Shown one piece after another: positions 38,367 to 38,453 of a stretch of DNA of 38,453 bases. Location of the stretch: NCBI GenBank assembly GCA_964508365.1, contig CAZDTP010000039.1, forward strand, positions 1 through 38,453, in the 5' to 3' direction. A program made the translations under genes and the position numbers. A model generated the notes under the pieces. That model did not search any database. It saw only the letters and a list, made by a program, of their open reading frames with translations, and had not been told where the DNA came from. Positions within the stretch are counted from its first letter, which is position 1. Every line of letters starts with the position of its first letter. Source of the stretch: an uncultured archaeon. Its GTDB lineage: Archaea > Asgardarchaeota > Lokiarchaeia > Sigyniarchaeales > SOKP01.

Positions 38367-38453
38367 CTATTGAAATCCTTTCCATTTTTCTTCAAGTTTT
38401 GGATCCTTTAGCGTATCCATAATATATTTACCGAAATCTTCCCCTGTCGTTCC
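38367..38453 (-). CDS. 3' end of an isocitrate/isopropylmalate dehydrogenase gene (rest outside the window)
   Basis: GTTGEDFGKYIMDTLKDPKLEEKWKGFQ*; 73/87 nt identical to 35404-35490 by hand alignment. Confidence 0.75.
   Translation of the reverse strand, partial: GTTGEDFGKYIMDTLKDPKLEEKWKGFQ

Noticed and set aside
1-38453. Genome-wide reassignment of TAG (two in-frame TAGs seen, at 24867 and 35443)
   Set aside because: TAG ends apparently complete genes (PHP at 5290-5292, sulfatase-like at 31204, GT1 at 37034, dehydrogenase at 38367). The TAG at 35443 lies in a fragment that already lacks its 5' end. Site-specific readthrough at 24867 is not excluded.

Overview
AT-rich, gene-dense window. 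It is most likely from an Asgard archaeon of the Lokiarchaeia/Promethearchaeota type. This is inferred from an IPGY + TM + basic C-terminal sorting signal, GGTGA/GGAGG ribosome-binding sites, TTTATA-type TATA boxes, AOR, VapBC and HEPN-MNT. Left part: a secreted hypothetical protein (partial), a kamB-kamD-kamE lysine 5,6-aminomutase cluster, a PHP hydrolase, an ABC exporter with a divergent pair of MarR/GbsR-like regulators, GGT, an FGGY kinase and an SLC13-like permease. Centre (14.3-27.1 kb): an amino-acid catabolic supercluster with ornithine aminotransferase, carbamate kinase, a Giardia-like ornithine carbamoyltransferase, a two-gene flavo/Fe-S amino-acid dehydrogenase, an aldehyde:ferredoxin oxidoreductase and a COG2403 arginine synthetase (ArcE)-like protein. 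No arginine deiminase is present in the window. The cluster is interrupted by a GC-richer 8-bladed beta-propeller surface-protein gene with an in-frame TAG. Right part: MFS transporters, hydrolases (one apparently starting at ACG), two toxin-antitoxin pairs and a GT1 glycosyltransferase. There are two duplication scars: a second copy of the arcE leader plus a decayed 5' end, and a displaced, decayed copy of the 3' end of an isocitrate/isopropylmalate dehydrogenase gene. No rRNA, tRNA, CRISPR array, integrase, transposase or reverse transcriptase was recognised. All family calls come from motif recognition and memory, not from database searches.
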